The notes beneath the pieces are model-generated. The model was not told where the DNA came from and made no database searches. It saw only the letters and a program-made list of their open reading frames with translations. 64,000 bases of DNA, from positions 44,911-108,910 of the forward strand of contig JALTFL010000005.1 in the NCBI GenBank assembly GCA_027007025.1, read 5' to 3'. The DNA is from Nanobdellati archaeon. GTDB taxonomy: Archaea; Nanobdellota; Nanobdellia; CSSed11-243R1. Below are positions 1 through 7,932 of this stretch, piece after piece. Each line of letters starts with the position of its first letter. Position 1 is the stretch's first letter. The position numbers were made by a program, and so were the translations under genes.

Positions 1-1
1 C

Positions 2-481
2 CACCTTTCTCCAAGCGGTGCAATCGAAAGAGTGATGTACTCTCTTCTTGAGAAGGCGTGGCTTGACGAGCAACAAGGTAAAGCAGGTATGCTTCCCGTG
101 TGGCTGTCGCCTGAGCAAGTAAGGCTGCTTCCTATTGCAGATAGGCATTTGGAATTTGTTGAGAAAATAGCAAAACAACTTGAGGATAAAGGAATTAGGG
201 TATCTGTTGATGACAGAAGTCTTAGCGTTTCCAAGAAAGTATTCCAAGCTAAGCAGGCGTGGACGCCATACATTATTGTTATAGGCGACAAGGAAATGGA
301 ATCAAACAAACTTCCTGTTGTAGTTCGGGAGAAAAGTGAAGTCAAAAAGGATACGATAGATAACTTAACAATTGATGAGTTGATAGAGATAATACTTGAG
401 GATATAAAAGGGATGCCTATATGGCCGCTTCCAGTTCCTAAATATATTTCTAAACAGCCCATATTTTATGCGAGGAAGTGA
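2..481 (+). CDS. thrS: threonyl-tRNA synthetase, C-terminal part (5' end lies outside the window)
   Basis: The frame is open from the window edge. It shows a class II motif-3-like GAIERV, then PVWLSPEQVRLLPI and an anticodon-binding pattern DDRS..SKKV..AWTPYIIVIGDKE..VVVRE typical of ThrRS. A ThrRS editing-domain gene lies 380 nt downstream. Confidence 0.7.
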   Translation, partial: HLSPSGAIERVMYSLLEKAWLDEQQGKAGMLPVWLSPEQVRLLPIADRHLEFVEKIAKQLEDKGIRVSVDDRSLSVSKKVFQAKQAWTPYIIVIGDKEMESNKLPVVVREKSEVKKDTIDNLTIDELIEIILEDIKGMPIWPLPVPKYISKQPIFYARK

Positions 482-783
482 TGAGGTTGTTTGCAGGATT
501 ATTAGCAGTTGTGTTCTTTTTAATCGCGTGGATAATTTTAACGCTGATAGTCATAAAAAATGGGCGCAACAACGGCGATATTTTTGTTAATCTTTTCTTT
601 TTGCTGGGAGTGATTTCATTTACGATTTATAGTGTTCAAGTAGGAGAAATATTGTTTATCTTATTAAATGGAATCGCGTCAATCCTAGCGTTCATCAATT
701 TTTATTATATCCCCAATAAGTTCAAAAAGATGAAGAAAGAAATCAAATCTATTGAGATGGAGATATCGGATAATAAGGAGTGA
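478..783 (+). CDS. small integral membrane protein (about 3 TM helices), unknown function
   Basis: 101-aa ORF overlapping the thrS stop (ATGA). It has three hydrophobic segments and a charged C-terminal tail. Confidence 0.5.
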   Translation: MMRLFAGLLAVVFFLIAWIILTLIVIKNGRNNGDIFVNLFFLLGVISFTIYSVQVGEILFILLNGIASILAFINFYYIPNKFKKMKKEIKSIEMEISDNKE

Positions 784-789
784 TACATC

Positions 790-864
790 ATGAAATTACT
801 TCAGTGGCATAAGCCTTTTCTTCAAAAGAAAAGCCTTAAGGGAAAAGAAGGGGGTATTTTATGA
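790..864 (+). CDS. possible 24-aa upstream ORF (MKLLQWHKPFLQKKSLKGKEGGIL)
   Basis: It starts at the first repeat copy behind a strong SD. Its TGA overlaps the ATG of the downstream gene (ATGA). Coding status is unproven. Confidence 0.25.
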   Translation: MKLLQWHKPFLQKKSLKGKEGGIL

Positions 865-881
865 AATTACTTCAGTGGCAT
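790..881 (+). repeat. 21-nt direct repeat ATGAAATTACTTCAGTGGCAT (790-810 and 861-881)
   Basis: Exact duplication of the first 7 codons of the ThrRS-ED gene, 71 nt upstream. Each copy is preceded by an SD-like element (GGAGTGAT and GGGGGT). A hairpin cttttctt-caa-aagaaaag lies between the copies. Confidence 0.8.
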
Positions 882-1268
882 TGCGATTATTTTAAGTATA
901 GGGTAACAAAACCAGCGATGAAAACCCTCCCTGAAAACAGGGACGGCGAGGAAAAGGAATTCCGAAATGTTGTTGTCGCTTTGGTTTCCGTTGAAAAAGG
1001 CGACGACCCAGAGACAGCCCGCAATGCAATTGTTGCCATAAAAAAACAAATGGATGAAGTCAAGGCAGACTCAATTTTGATTTACCCCTATGCTCATCTC
1101 TCAAATGACTTGGCTACACCATCTATAGCAATAACAATATTGAAAGAGATGGAGGCTTTTGCTAAGGAAAAAGACGTTGAAGTTTTTAGGGCGCCGTTTG
1201 GGTACTACAAGGAATTTGAAACGAAGGTGAAGGGGCATCCATTAGCAGAATTATCAAAAAGATTATGA
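861..1268 (+). CDS. free-standing archaeal ThrRS editing domain (tRNA-Thr-ED, DTD-like fold)
   Basis: 135 aa. YPYAHLSNDLATPSIA and APFGYYKEFETKVKGHPLAELSK match the N-terminal editing domain of archaeal ThrRS (recalled Pyrococcus sequence: [39 protein letters not shown]). The ORF ends where that domain ends. Confidence 0.85.
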   Translation: MKLLQWHCDYFKYRVTKPAMKTLPENRDGEEKEFRNVVVALVSVEKGDDPETARNAIVAIKKQMDEVKADSILIYPYAHLSNDLATPSIAITILKEMEAFAKEKDVEVFRAPFGYYKEFETKVKGHPLAELSKRL

Positions 1269-1796
1269 AGAGAGCGCTGAAACGATTATAATTCCTGCGG
1301 CTGCGTTAAGCAATAGCGCTTTTACGAATGGCGTGGTGGATATTAAGAATGCAAATATGGATGCAATAATAAATATAGCTTGATATTTTCCGATTTCTTT
1401 GAATACGCTACTTTTCTTTGATATATATCCAAGTAGTGTGGAATTGAGTATAATCGGGATTGTGATTAACGCACCAAGGAAATAACTTGCCTGCGCATTT
1501 AGTGCGAACATTGTTCCTATAGCAATTCCAATGGTAGTATATTTCACTAAATTTATCTTTTTAATTTTAAGTAGTGGTATTGCGAGTCCAAGAAAGATAA
1601 CTGCGATTGTCCATTTGTAAATTGTTATTAAGAATAATGATAAAATGATTAGTAGAATTTTTTCAGATAGGTTAATCCATTTCTTGTAAATTTTTATTTC
1701 GCTTTTTGTGTATAGTGAGATTATGCCACCTGCAGTTGTCGAGAAAGAAACCACAATTGAAAGTATCAATATGTCTATCATGTACTTAAACATCAT
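1263..1796 (-). CDS. polytopic membrane protein, unknown function
   Basis: 177-aa ORF, hydrophobic throughout (about 6 TM segments). Confidence 0.5.
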   Translation of the reverse strand: MMFKYMIDILILSIVVSFSTTAGGIISLYTKSEIKIYKKWINLSEKILLIILSLFLITIYKWTIAVIFLGLAIPLLKIKKINLVKYTTIGIAIGTMFALNAQASYFLGALITIPIILNSTLLGYISKKSSVFKEIGKYQAIFIIASIFAFLISTTPFVKALLLNAAAGIIIVSALSS

Positions 1797-1829
1797 TTGA
1801 TATTAATAAACATTAGCAAGAATTTGTTT

Positions 1830-2032
1830 TGGGCTCGATGGAGATGTTTTTTTGCTTGACGCACTTTGACCGAAGCCAGGTCCAAGCCAAGCAATCTGCA
1901 CCTCACGTGCTCACACAACTTAGTCCGCAGCGTTTGCTTGGAATTCTGAGACCCAATTCCTTAACAAACGTGGACCTTTTCAGCGAACAATTGGCTGAAT
2001 GAACGACGTGCGTGTAGCCATCGAAATGCCCA
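1830..2032 (-). ncRNA. structured GC-rich RNA, candidate reduced RNase P RNA (identity tentative)
   Basis: 100 of 200 nt are G+C by hand count, in an AT-rich intergenic gap. Nested perfect helices are 1830-1841/2018-2032, 1859-1864/2008-2013, 1979-1984/1994-1999, 1878-1884/1971-1977, 1931-1936/1965-1970 and 1940-1945/1955-1960. On the minus strand the helix order is P1-P2-P3-P4...P4'-P2'-P1', with GAAAAGGUCC and GGCUU motifs. Confidence 0.45.
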
Positions 2033-2055
2033 TATACCCCAATATATAGTAGCAT

Positions 2056-2385
2056 CTACGCATATAAATTATTTTCGGTTTCAAAAGAAAGGCATTGTGA
2101 CTTTTCCATAGCTAAATTTAATGATTCATCTTTCAATACTACAAGCTGTGCCAAAGAATTTGCTATATACTCATCTGTGATTTCAGATTTTGTTTTGTGT
2201 TCGTTTCTAAAAAATTCAACTCTATCAAAAAGAGTATGAGCGTACTGAATGCGATTGTATACATCTATTCGTTTGCTTAAAGACATTTCTTCAAATGGTT
2301 CTTCTTTTTTTACTTGATCTATTAATTCTCTTGAGTATTCGATGAATTCTTTCAGTGCATTTTGATATAATCTTTTTATACTCAT
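2056..2385 (-). CDS. hypothetical protein
   Basis: 109-aa ORF with a GGTGA-like SD upstream (gtggtgaagatATG). No motif recognised. Confidence 0.45.
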   Translation of the reverse strand: MSIKRLYQNALKEFIEYSRELIDQVKKEEPFEEMSLSKRIDVYNRIQYAHTLFDRVEFFRNEHKTKSEITDEYIANSLAQLVVLKDESLNLAMEKSQCLSFETENNLYA

Positions 2386-2434
2386 ATCTTCACCACTTAT
2401 AAATAGTAACCTTTGGTATATAAAACTTTCTAAA

Positions 2435-2809
2435 TTACCAATATCGTCTTGTGAGAGCCTTTATTCTTTTCTCTTTTTCTTCTTCATTAATGCTCATCTT
2501 TTTTATCTCTTCAACATGAGATAGAAATATTTCTAAATCCTCTTCTATTCGCTTTATTAAATTTCTTCTCTTTTGCTGATTGCTTGCCAGTTCATTTTCC
2601 AATTCCATGACTTTGTCAGAGTTTTTACTCTTTCTTGCGTCCTCCAAGTGTTCGTTTATTTTTTTTGCATCATTTGATAATTTTTCCAATTCGTGTAGTA
2701 AATGTATCTCATCTTTTGGAATTCCTTCTAATTTTTTTGCTATACTCCTCATCTTTTTCTCTAAAAATTCTTCATATCTCTTATCTTCATCTGGAAAACG
2801 CATAACCAT
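2435..2809 (-). CDS. hypothetical coiled-coil protein (K/E-rich)
   Basis: 124-aa ORF. The antisense ORF 2580-2873 is low-complexity and probably spurious. Confidence 0.5.
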   Translation of the reverse strand: MVMRFPDEDKRYEEFLEKKMRSIAKKLEGIPKDEIHLLHELEKLSNDAKKINEHLEDARKSKNSDKVMELENELASNQQKRRNLIKRIEEDLEIFLSHVEEIKKMSINEEEKEKRIKALTRRYW

Positions 2810-2881
2810 ATTCTATAATATATTCTTGTCACATTTAAGCTTTTGGATAACCTTTTTAATTGTAGATGGCTAATTGAAAAT

Positions 2882-3409
2882 ATGGTTTATTTGCCGCGCG
2901 AGGACTCATACATGCTCAAGAAGTGGGTTGAAAAGCTGGTTAAAGGCGACATTTTAGATATGGGCACGGGAACGGGAATTCAGGCGTTCGCCGCCGCGCC
3001 AAAGGCAAAAAAAGTAATCGCCGTGGACAAAAACCCCGAGGCTGTGGAGTACTGTAAAAATGCGTTTCACATATTCAAAAATTTGGAATTTAGGGTAAGC
3101 GACTTGTTTTCAAATGTTCCTGAAAAATTTGATTTCATAATATTCAACCCTCCTTATCTTCCAGAGTCCAAGTATGATAAGGAAATCGACACGACTGGTG
3201 GCAAGGAAGGATGGGAAACTATTGAAAAATTTTTGAAGGAATCAAAAAAGCACCTGAATAAAAATGGAAAAATTTTGATGGTATTCTCCTCATTCACAAA
3301 TCCCAAGAAAGTTTTGGAAATCGCAAAAAAACTCAAGTACAAGGAAAAAATGCTCGAAAAGAAACACTTCAACTTCGAGGACATTTTTGTTTACGAGTTT
3401 TCTATCTAA
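2882..3409 (+). CDS. HemK/Mtq2-family N5-glutamine (release factor) methyltransferase-like protein
   Basis: VYLPREDSYML at the N-terminus, SAM motif DMGTGTGIQ, catalytic NPPY (FNPPYLP). Start moved to the ATG at 2882; the track start is a TTG. Confidence 0.75.
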   Translation: MVYLPREDSYMLKKWVEKLVKGDILDMGTGTGIQAFAAAPKAKKVIAVDKNPEAVEYCKNAFHIFKNLEFRVSDLFSNVPEKFDFIIFNPPYLPESKYDKEIDTTGGKEGWETIEKFLKESKKHLNKNGKILMVFSSFTNPKKVLEIAKKLKYKEKMLEKKHFNFEDIFVYEFSI

Positions 3410-3789
3410 ATCCAAAGCACTCTGTACCTGGAGCCGAGCTCAAGCTGATGTATGTATTCGCCGTATGAGCGCACATATCCTTTTGTTCTAACTTCTTTGC
3501 CTGGGAATTTTTTCTTTAGTATTTTCTCAATTGGTTCTGGATCATATATGCGCAGAATTTCTATTTTGTTTTGTGAAACTTCTCCTATTTCGCCGACTAT
3601 GACTGCTTCGTTACCTAAGATTTGATAAAGAATAGAATCCTCATCTACGCTCTTTTTGAATGCGTGCATTTTGAATTCTTCTATTGGAAAATCTCTTCGT
3701 TCAAAAGTTTCCCACTTCCCAACCTTTTCATTAAAATATCCACCGTATGAAAAGTGGCTCGGTTTGGCAATTTCTGTTTCTCTTAACAT
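3406..3789 (-). CDS. hypothetical protein
   Basis: The track ORF begins at a TTG (3819). The first ATG is at 3789 (MLRETEIAK). No motif recognised. Confidence 0.5.
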   Translation of the reverse strand: MLRETEIAKPSHFSYGGYFNEKVGKWETFERRDFPIEEFKMHAFKKSVDEDSILYQILGNEAVIVGEIGEVSQNKIEILRIYDPEPIEKILKKKFPGKEVRTKGYVRSYGEYIHQLELGSRYRVLWI

Positions 3790-3793
3790 TTTT

Positions 3794-3937
3794 TCAATAG
3801 TGTTGCTCGTTATATCCAATCTCTTTTCTATTCATTGCTTCAATGGTAACATAATTTTCGCCGAAGTCAACTACTCTTCCTACAATTTGTAGTGATTCAG
3901 CATGCGCCCGATATGCGATTAAATCAACAGATGTCAT
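3794..3937 (-). CDS. possible 47-aa protein (MTSVDLIAYRAHAESLQIVGRVVDFGENYVTIEAMNRKEIGYNEQHY)
   Basis: Hand-translated ORF. It exactly fills the gap between the stop of the 3940-4758 gene and the ATG at 3789. It is below the track cutoff. Confidence 0.3.
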   Translation of the reverse strand: MTSVDLIAYRAHAESLQIVGRVVDFGENYVTIEAMNRKEIGYNEQHY

Positions 3938-3939
3938 GG

Positions 3940-4758
3940 TTATACCTCCAGTTTCACTCTTTTGTAACTTATTCCATCATCATTTATATCTAACATTGTG
4001 ATACAACCGTCGAGATAAGGTCCCGCATTTACTGCGAGTTTATTTACTTTTTCACCTTCTTTAACTTCTCTTTTAGTTGGTATCTCTTGGGCTGAAGGAC
4101 CAAGTTGGTAGTTCTCGTGTATGTGCCCAAATGTTGCAGCAATGTTGTATTCTGACATCAATTCTTCAACTAAAAATGCAAGGCTTTCATTACCTACATG
4201 AGCTTTTTGAGCATACGTTTTTATTTGTTGGTATTGTGGATGATTCTTAAATGCTGTCAGTGGTGCTACACTTCCATTTTTCATTGTAATAAACTGTGCT
4301 ATATCACCATAACCTTTTGGTGGCTCATGCATTTGAAGAATAACCGTTTTTGGCTTTGGTTTTTGGGTTTCAACCCTTGCGGTTATTTCAGATATATCCA
4401 AAGGTGGGTTGTTAGTATATGCATCTATCCCTTTTGGTGTCCATGTCGCCCCTCCATATGGGACAAGAAGAACTTCACCACTTAATTGAATCGTTTTCTT
4501 TTTATGTGCATTCACTATATTGCTATATTCTCTTTCTGCTTTTTCCATAATTGCGTTGTAGCTATTCTTATTTTCGTGGCTTCCCGGAATAACATATGTA
4601 GGAATTTCTCCGCCGAGTTCAAGAATGCTTTCTAAGTTGGCGTCATAACTTTGGAAGTCTCCATTTACCAAAATTGTATCGACTCTCTCATCTCCAAAAA
4701 ACTCCTTTGCTGGCGCAAGCGATTTTCCGTGTGAGTCCACAATAAATCCAATCTTCAT
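3940..4758 (-). CDS. calcineurin-like metallophosphoesterase
   Basis: Motifs VDSHG, VNGDF, GSHEN, MHEPP and GHIHE occur in the canonical order. Confidence 0.75.
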   Translation of the reverse strand: MKIGFIVDSHGKSLAPAKEFFGDERVDTILVNGDFQSYDANLESILELGGEIPTYVIPGSHENKNSYNAIMEKAEREYSNIVNAHKKKTIQLSGEVLLVPYGGATWTPKGIDAYTNNPPLDISEITARVETQKPKPKTVILQMHEPPKGYGDIAQFITMKNGSVAPLTAFKNHPQYQQIKTYAQKAHVGNESLAFLVEELMSEYNIAATFGHIHENYQLGPSAQEIPTKREVKEGEKVNKLAVNAGPYLDGCITMLDINDDGISYKRVKLEV

Positions 4759-4830
4759 TATACCACCTCAAATATAATCACTAATAAGTAGTTAATTTAT
4801 ATTTATAAATGTTGCTTTTATGGAAAAATT

Positions 4831-5802
4831 ATGAAATCATTGAATATTGGTATTTTTGGGAACAATTTGGAATTGATGCAGAAAGTAGCGAAGGCATTTG
4901 GAAAAGAAGGCACAAAAAGCGACATAACTCTTTATAACACTAAAAGCGGAGAATTGGTGACAACTGCAATTCTTCCCCATTCATATCCTGAAAAAATTCA
5001 AACTCTCTTTTACACAATTTATCTTTGTGACTTTCCTGTTTTGGTTGTGGATGAAATCAATAATGAACTTGGTGAGGTTTTGCTTTCCCTTGATGCTGCG
5101 AAGTTTGAGAAAGGATTCATTTTCGCAAAAGATTATGTGATTGAGCAGCTGAATGAATTAATTAAAGGAACTTCATTGGAAAATTATGAAAAATTCAATT
5201 ATGTTGATGATACTTCCATTAATGAGCTTAGGCTTAAAATTTTTGAAATGAGTATTGAAAGGAAAGACGAAGGCAAGCCATACATGTTTGTGGACCATTC
5301 CTTTGTTGTCAAAGGTGTGGGGACAGTTGTTCTAAGCATATTAAAAGGCGGCAGCATAAAAGTTTATGACAAACTTTTAGTTCTTCCAGTGGAGAAGGAA
5401 ACAACAATTAAGTCAATTCAAAAGCATGACGAAAACTACAAGGAAGCGTTTCCGGGAGATAGAGTCGGATTAAATCTCAAAGATTTAAGAATTGATGATG
5501 TCCCGCGTGGCGCTTTGCTAAGCAATTTTGGACGAAAAGCTAAGAAGGCGCGAATCAAGCTGAGTGCGAGCAAGTTCTTGAAGGAGTCAGTAAAAGATGG
5601 ACAAATCCTTTCGGTTGTTGTTGGCATGAATTATGTGACTTTTAAGGTTGAAGTTGGGGATGTTCATCCTGCAGAGGAAAAGTGGATTGTCTGTGATTTT
5701 GAGAAGCCAGTTGCATTTATGGAAGGGATGACTGTTTTTGTTGTTAATCCAAACAAGAAGATGAGATTTGTCGGCTTCGGCGAAATTCAGGATTTAGACT
5801 AG
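4831..5802 (+). CDS. EF-Tu/SelB-like protein with degenerate G domain and EF-Tu domain II
   Basis: VVKGVGTVVLSILKGGSIKVYDKL...GDRVGLNLK is a typical domain II beta-barrel. The N-terminal IGIFGNNLELMQKVAKAFGKEGTKSD replaces the GxxxxGKS/T P-loop. Confidence 0.6.
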   Translation: MKSLNIGIFGNNLELMQKVAKAFGKEGTKSDITLYNTKSGELVTTAILPHSYPEKIQTLFYTIYLCDFPVLVVDEINNELGEVLLSLDAAKFEKGFIFAKDYVIEQLNELIKGTSLENYEKFNYVDDTSINELRLKIFEMSIERKDEGKPYMFVDHSFVVKGVGTVVLSILKGGSIKVYDKLLVLPVEKETTIKSIQKHDENYKEAFPGDRVGLNLKDLRIDDVPRGALLSNFGRKAKKARIKLSASKFLKESVKDGQILSVVVGMNYVTFKVEVGDVHPAEEKWIVCDFEKPVAFMEGMTVFVVNPNKKMRFVGFGEIQDLD

Positions 5803-5838
5803 CGATAGATTTAAATACCACTATTTAGTAGTTATATT

Positions 5839-7296
5839 ATGTTCGAAGGATTAAATAGCATTTACTCTACACTCCCATATTTTACAGAGGAAAATTTTGA
5901 AAATTATGAGGGTTATTTAGATCCATCTGTTATAAACATACTCAAAGATGAAGACATTTCTCAATATGGTTCTGTTAAATTTAGCTGGGAGGAATTTAAA
6001 GAATTACCCGATCAAATACAAGCTTTTATGAAAATATATGGAAGAGTTGTTTATAACAAAGAACCCTCTCTTTTGGAGGATTACACCAATCTTAATAAAT
6101 TAGATAAAAAACCTGAAAATTTTGATATATTCTCAAGAGGGAAGATTTACTACTTTTTGGATTATCCTAAAAATGAAAAGGGAGAGATTGCATATAACGC
6201 GCAAGATTTCGAATACGACATATTTTACTTGTCTAGCTTATTGGATGATGTTAAAAAAATGGAATTTAGCAGTAATAAACTCAAAAAGAAAGTCGAATTG
6301 TCAATAGCGGACCATATCCTGAATTTAGGTGTTTGGTTGCCCTATATAACACTGAATGCAATGGCATTTTCAAGGCACAAAAAAGAGAGAGGTATTACAG
6401 ATCCTTCTTTAAAAGTATTTACTGAAAATGAGAATATCATTGATAATGAATCTGTTAAATTCGAAGGAGATTTAACGAATGCAATAAAGTTTGGTGAAGA
6501 AGCATCTGATATTTTTGTTTCAATTGTTCGTGGAGAGGGTTATAATACATCTTCTTTATCAGATAACCTTAACAACATTGACTTAGAGGGGATTTTGAAA
6601 ACATATCCAAAGTATAGGATTAGGGAAGGTGATAACCCGCTTGAGAATTACATGCATTCTGTTAATGTGGTAAAACAATTAGATTCTTCTGATCCTCATC
6701 CAATATTTGATAAAGTTGCTAGTATATTGTGGAGCGGCGCGACTGTTGGGAGCATACTTACAAGTTTACTAAATAAAGAAGGATATGATGTTGATTGGAG
6801 TCTTGTGAAGTATTCTTCGCATGAACCATATTTGATTAAAAATTTGGGTAAATCTCTAAATGAGGATTTGGGTAGTTTAGTAAGAATCATGTATAATCCA
6901 AATGAAGCTGATTCTTCTTTTGAAAAACAAATAAAAGCTCTTGAGAGATTTTATGTTAATGAATTCAAAAACAGTAGTGGAGTGATATTAGCGGATGATG
7001 TGTTAGGAACTGGAAGGACATTATATCTATCCAATAAGTTGATAGAACTATGTGGCGTTTCTAGAATATATCCAACTGTTGTTGAATTGAGCCCACACGC
7101 ATTGGATAATCCTGGCTCTGTTGAATTTATCAATCAAAAGGGAAATGCACAGATAATGGAATCTTATTTTGGGACGAATTCATTGTATTTTCCACCTTCA
7201 TTTAAACATATTTCTAACAAAAAGAAGAGTATACTTTTCAAAAAGGTAAGAAAGCAAGAAATTAATATTGGGGACATAGAAAATTTGTTGGATTAA
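5839..7296 (+). CDS. hypothetical protein with C-terminal phosphoribosyltransferase-like motif
   Basis: 485 aa. VILADDVLGTGRTL matches the type I PRTase PRPP-binding loop. The N-terminal ~380 aa were not recognised. Confidence 0.55.
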   Translation: MFEGLNSIYSTLPYFTEENFENYEGYLDPSVINILKDEDISQYGSVKFSWEEFKELPDQIQAFMKIYGRVVYNKEPSLLEDYTNLNKLDKKPENFDIFSRGKIYYFLDYPKNEKGEIAYNAQDFEYDIFYLSSLLDDVKKMEFSSNKLKKKVELSIADHILNLGVWLPYITLNAMAFSRHKKERGITDPSLKVFTENENIIDNESVKFEGDLTNAIKFGEEASDIFVSIVRGEGYNTSSLSDNLNNIDLEGILKTYPKYRIREGDNPLENYMHSVNVVKQLDSSDPHPIFDKVASILWSGATVGSILTSLLNKEGYDVDWSLVKYSSHEPYLIKNLGKSLNEDLGSLVRIMYNPNEADSSFEKQIKALERFYVNEFKNSSGVILADDVLGTGRTLYLSNKLIELCGVSRIYPTVVELSPHALDNPGSVEFINQKGNAQIMESYFGTNSLYFPPSFKHISNKKKSILFKKVRKQEINIGDIENLLD

Positions 7297-7877
7297 ATAT
7301 ATCTTCTGCATCTTGGGCAGTAATACCTTTGATATTGTGGGACATATTGTAATGGTGTCCCGCAATAAGGGCACACTTTCTGCTGAACTTGAGGCTGCTG
7401 TGCGGGAGGTTGCGTTGGATTAATTGGTGTTTTTTCTTCAGGCATATTAAACTCTTCACCTTTTTCTTCAGGCATTTTAAATTCTTCTTCTCCACCACCT
7501 ATCTTTTCGTTTCCAAAGTCCATCTTTTCTTCTTTCCCCATTCCTTTTCCGAAACCTTCTCCACTTCCTTTGAATTTTCTAATTAGCTTAACGACTAAAG
7601 CAATTCCAAGTATTATTACGACTGCTGTTATCCCTCCGCTAAGTCCTTCAAGAAATCCTACAATTACAAATGAAATACCAACTAATCGAATTACCCATCT
7701 AAATCCTGCGAAAATTGAAATTAGCGCGAAAAGCAGGACAATTCCAAGGGATATTTCTTTTGCGTAAGGAATAGGAAACAATGGATTTAGAAATTGAGAT
7801 GGAATGATACCACCTAAAATGGAAACTAAAACTTCTCGTGGGATTTCGAATATTTGGAAAATAAAATCCAACGCCAT
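7293..7877 (-). CDS. membrane protein with C-terminal zinc ribbon
   Basis: Three to four TM segments, a short repeat (FKMPEEKGEEFNMPEEK), a Q/P-rich linker, then CPYCG...CPRC. Confidence 0.55.
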   Translation of the reverse strand: MALDFIFQIFEIPREVLVSILGGIIPSQFLNPLFPIPYAKEISLGIVLLFALISIFAGFRWVIRLVGISFVIVGFLEGLSGGITAVVIILGIALVVKLIRKFKGSGEGFGKGMGKEEKMDFGNEKIGGGEEEFKMPEEKGEEFNMPEEKTPINPTQPPAQQPQVQQKVCPYCGTPLQYVPQYQRYYCPRCRRYI

Positions 7878-7932
7878 AAAAAATAAATTTATTTGTTAGT
7901 TATAAAAGTAAGGATTACGTTTTAAATCTTGA

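Noticed and set aside
1830-2032. Considered SRP (7S) RNA, a tRNA, or a tRNA with an intron as the identity of the GC-rich RNA island, since SRP54 and FtsY are in the window.
   Set aside because: About 200 nt is too short for archaeal SRP RNA. No hairpin ends in a GNAR tetraloop. The CAGGUCC..AAGCAA resemblance to helix 8 on the plus strand lacks the closing stem. No cloverleaf or T-loop (GGTTCGAAT) is present.
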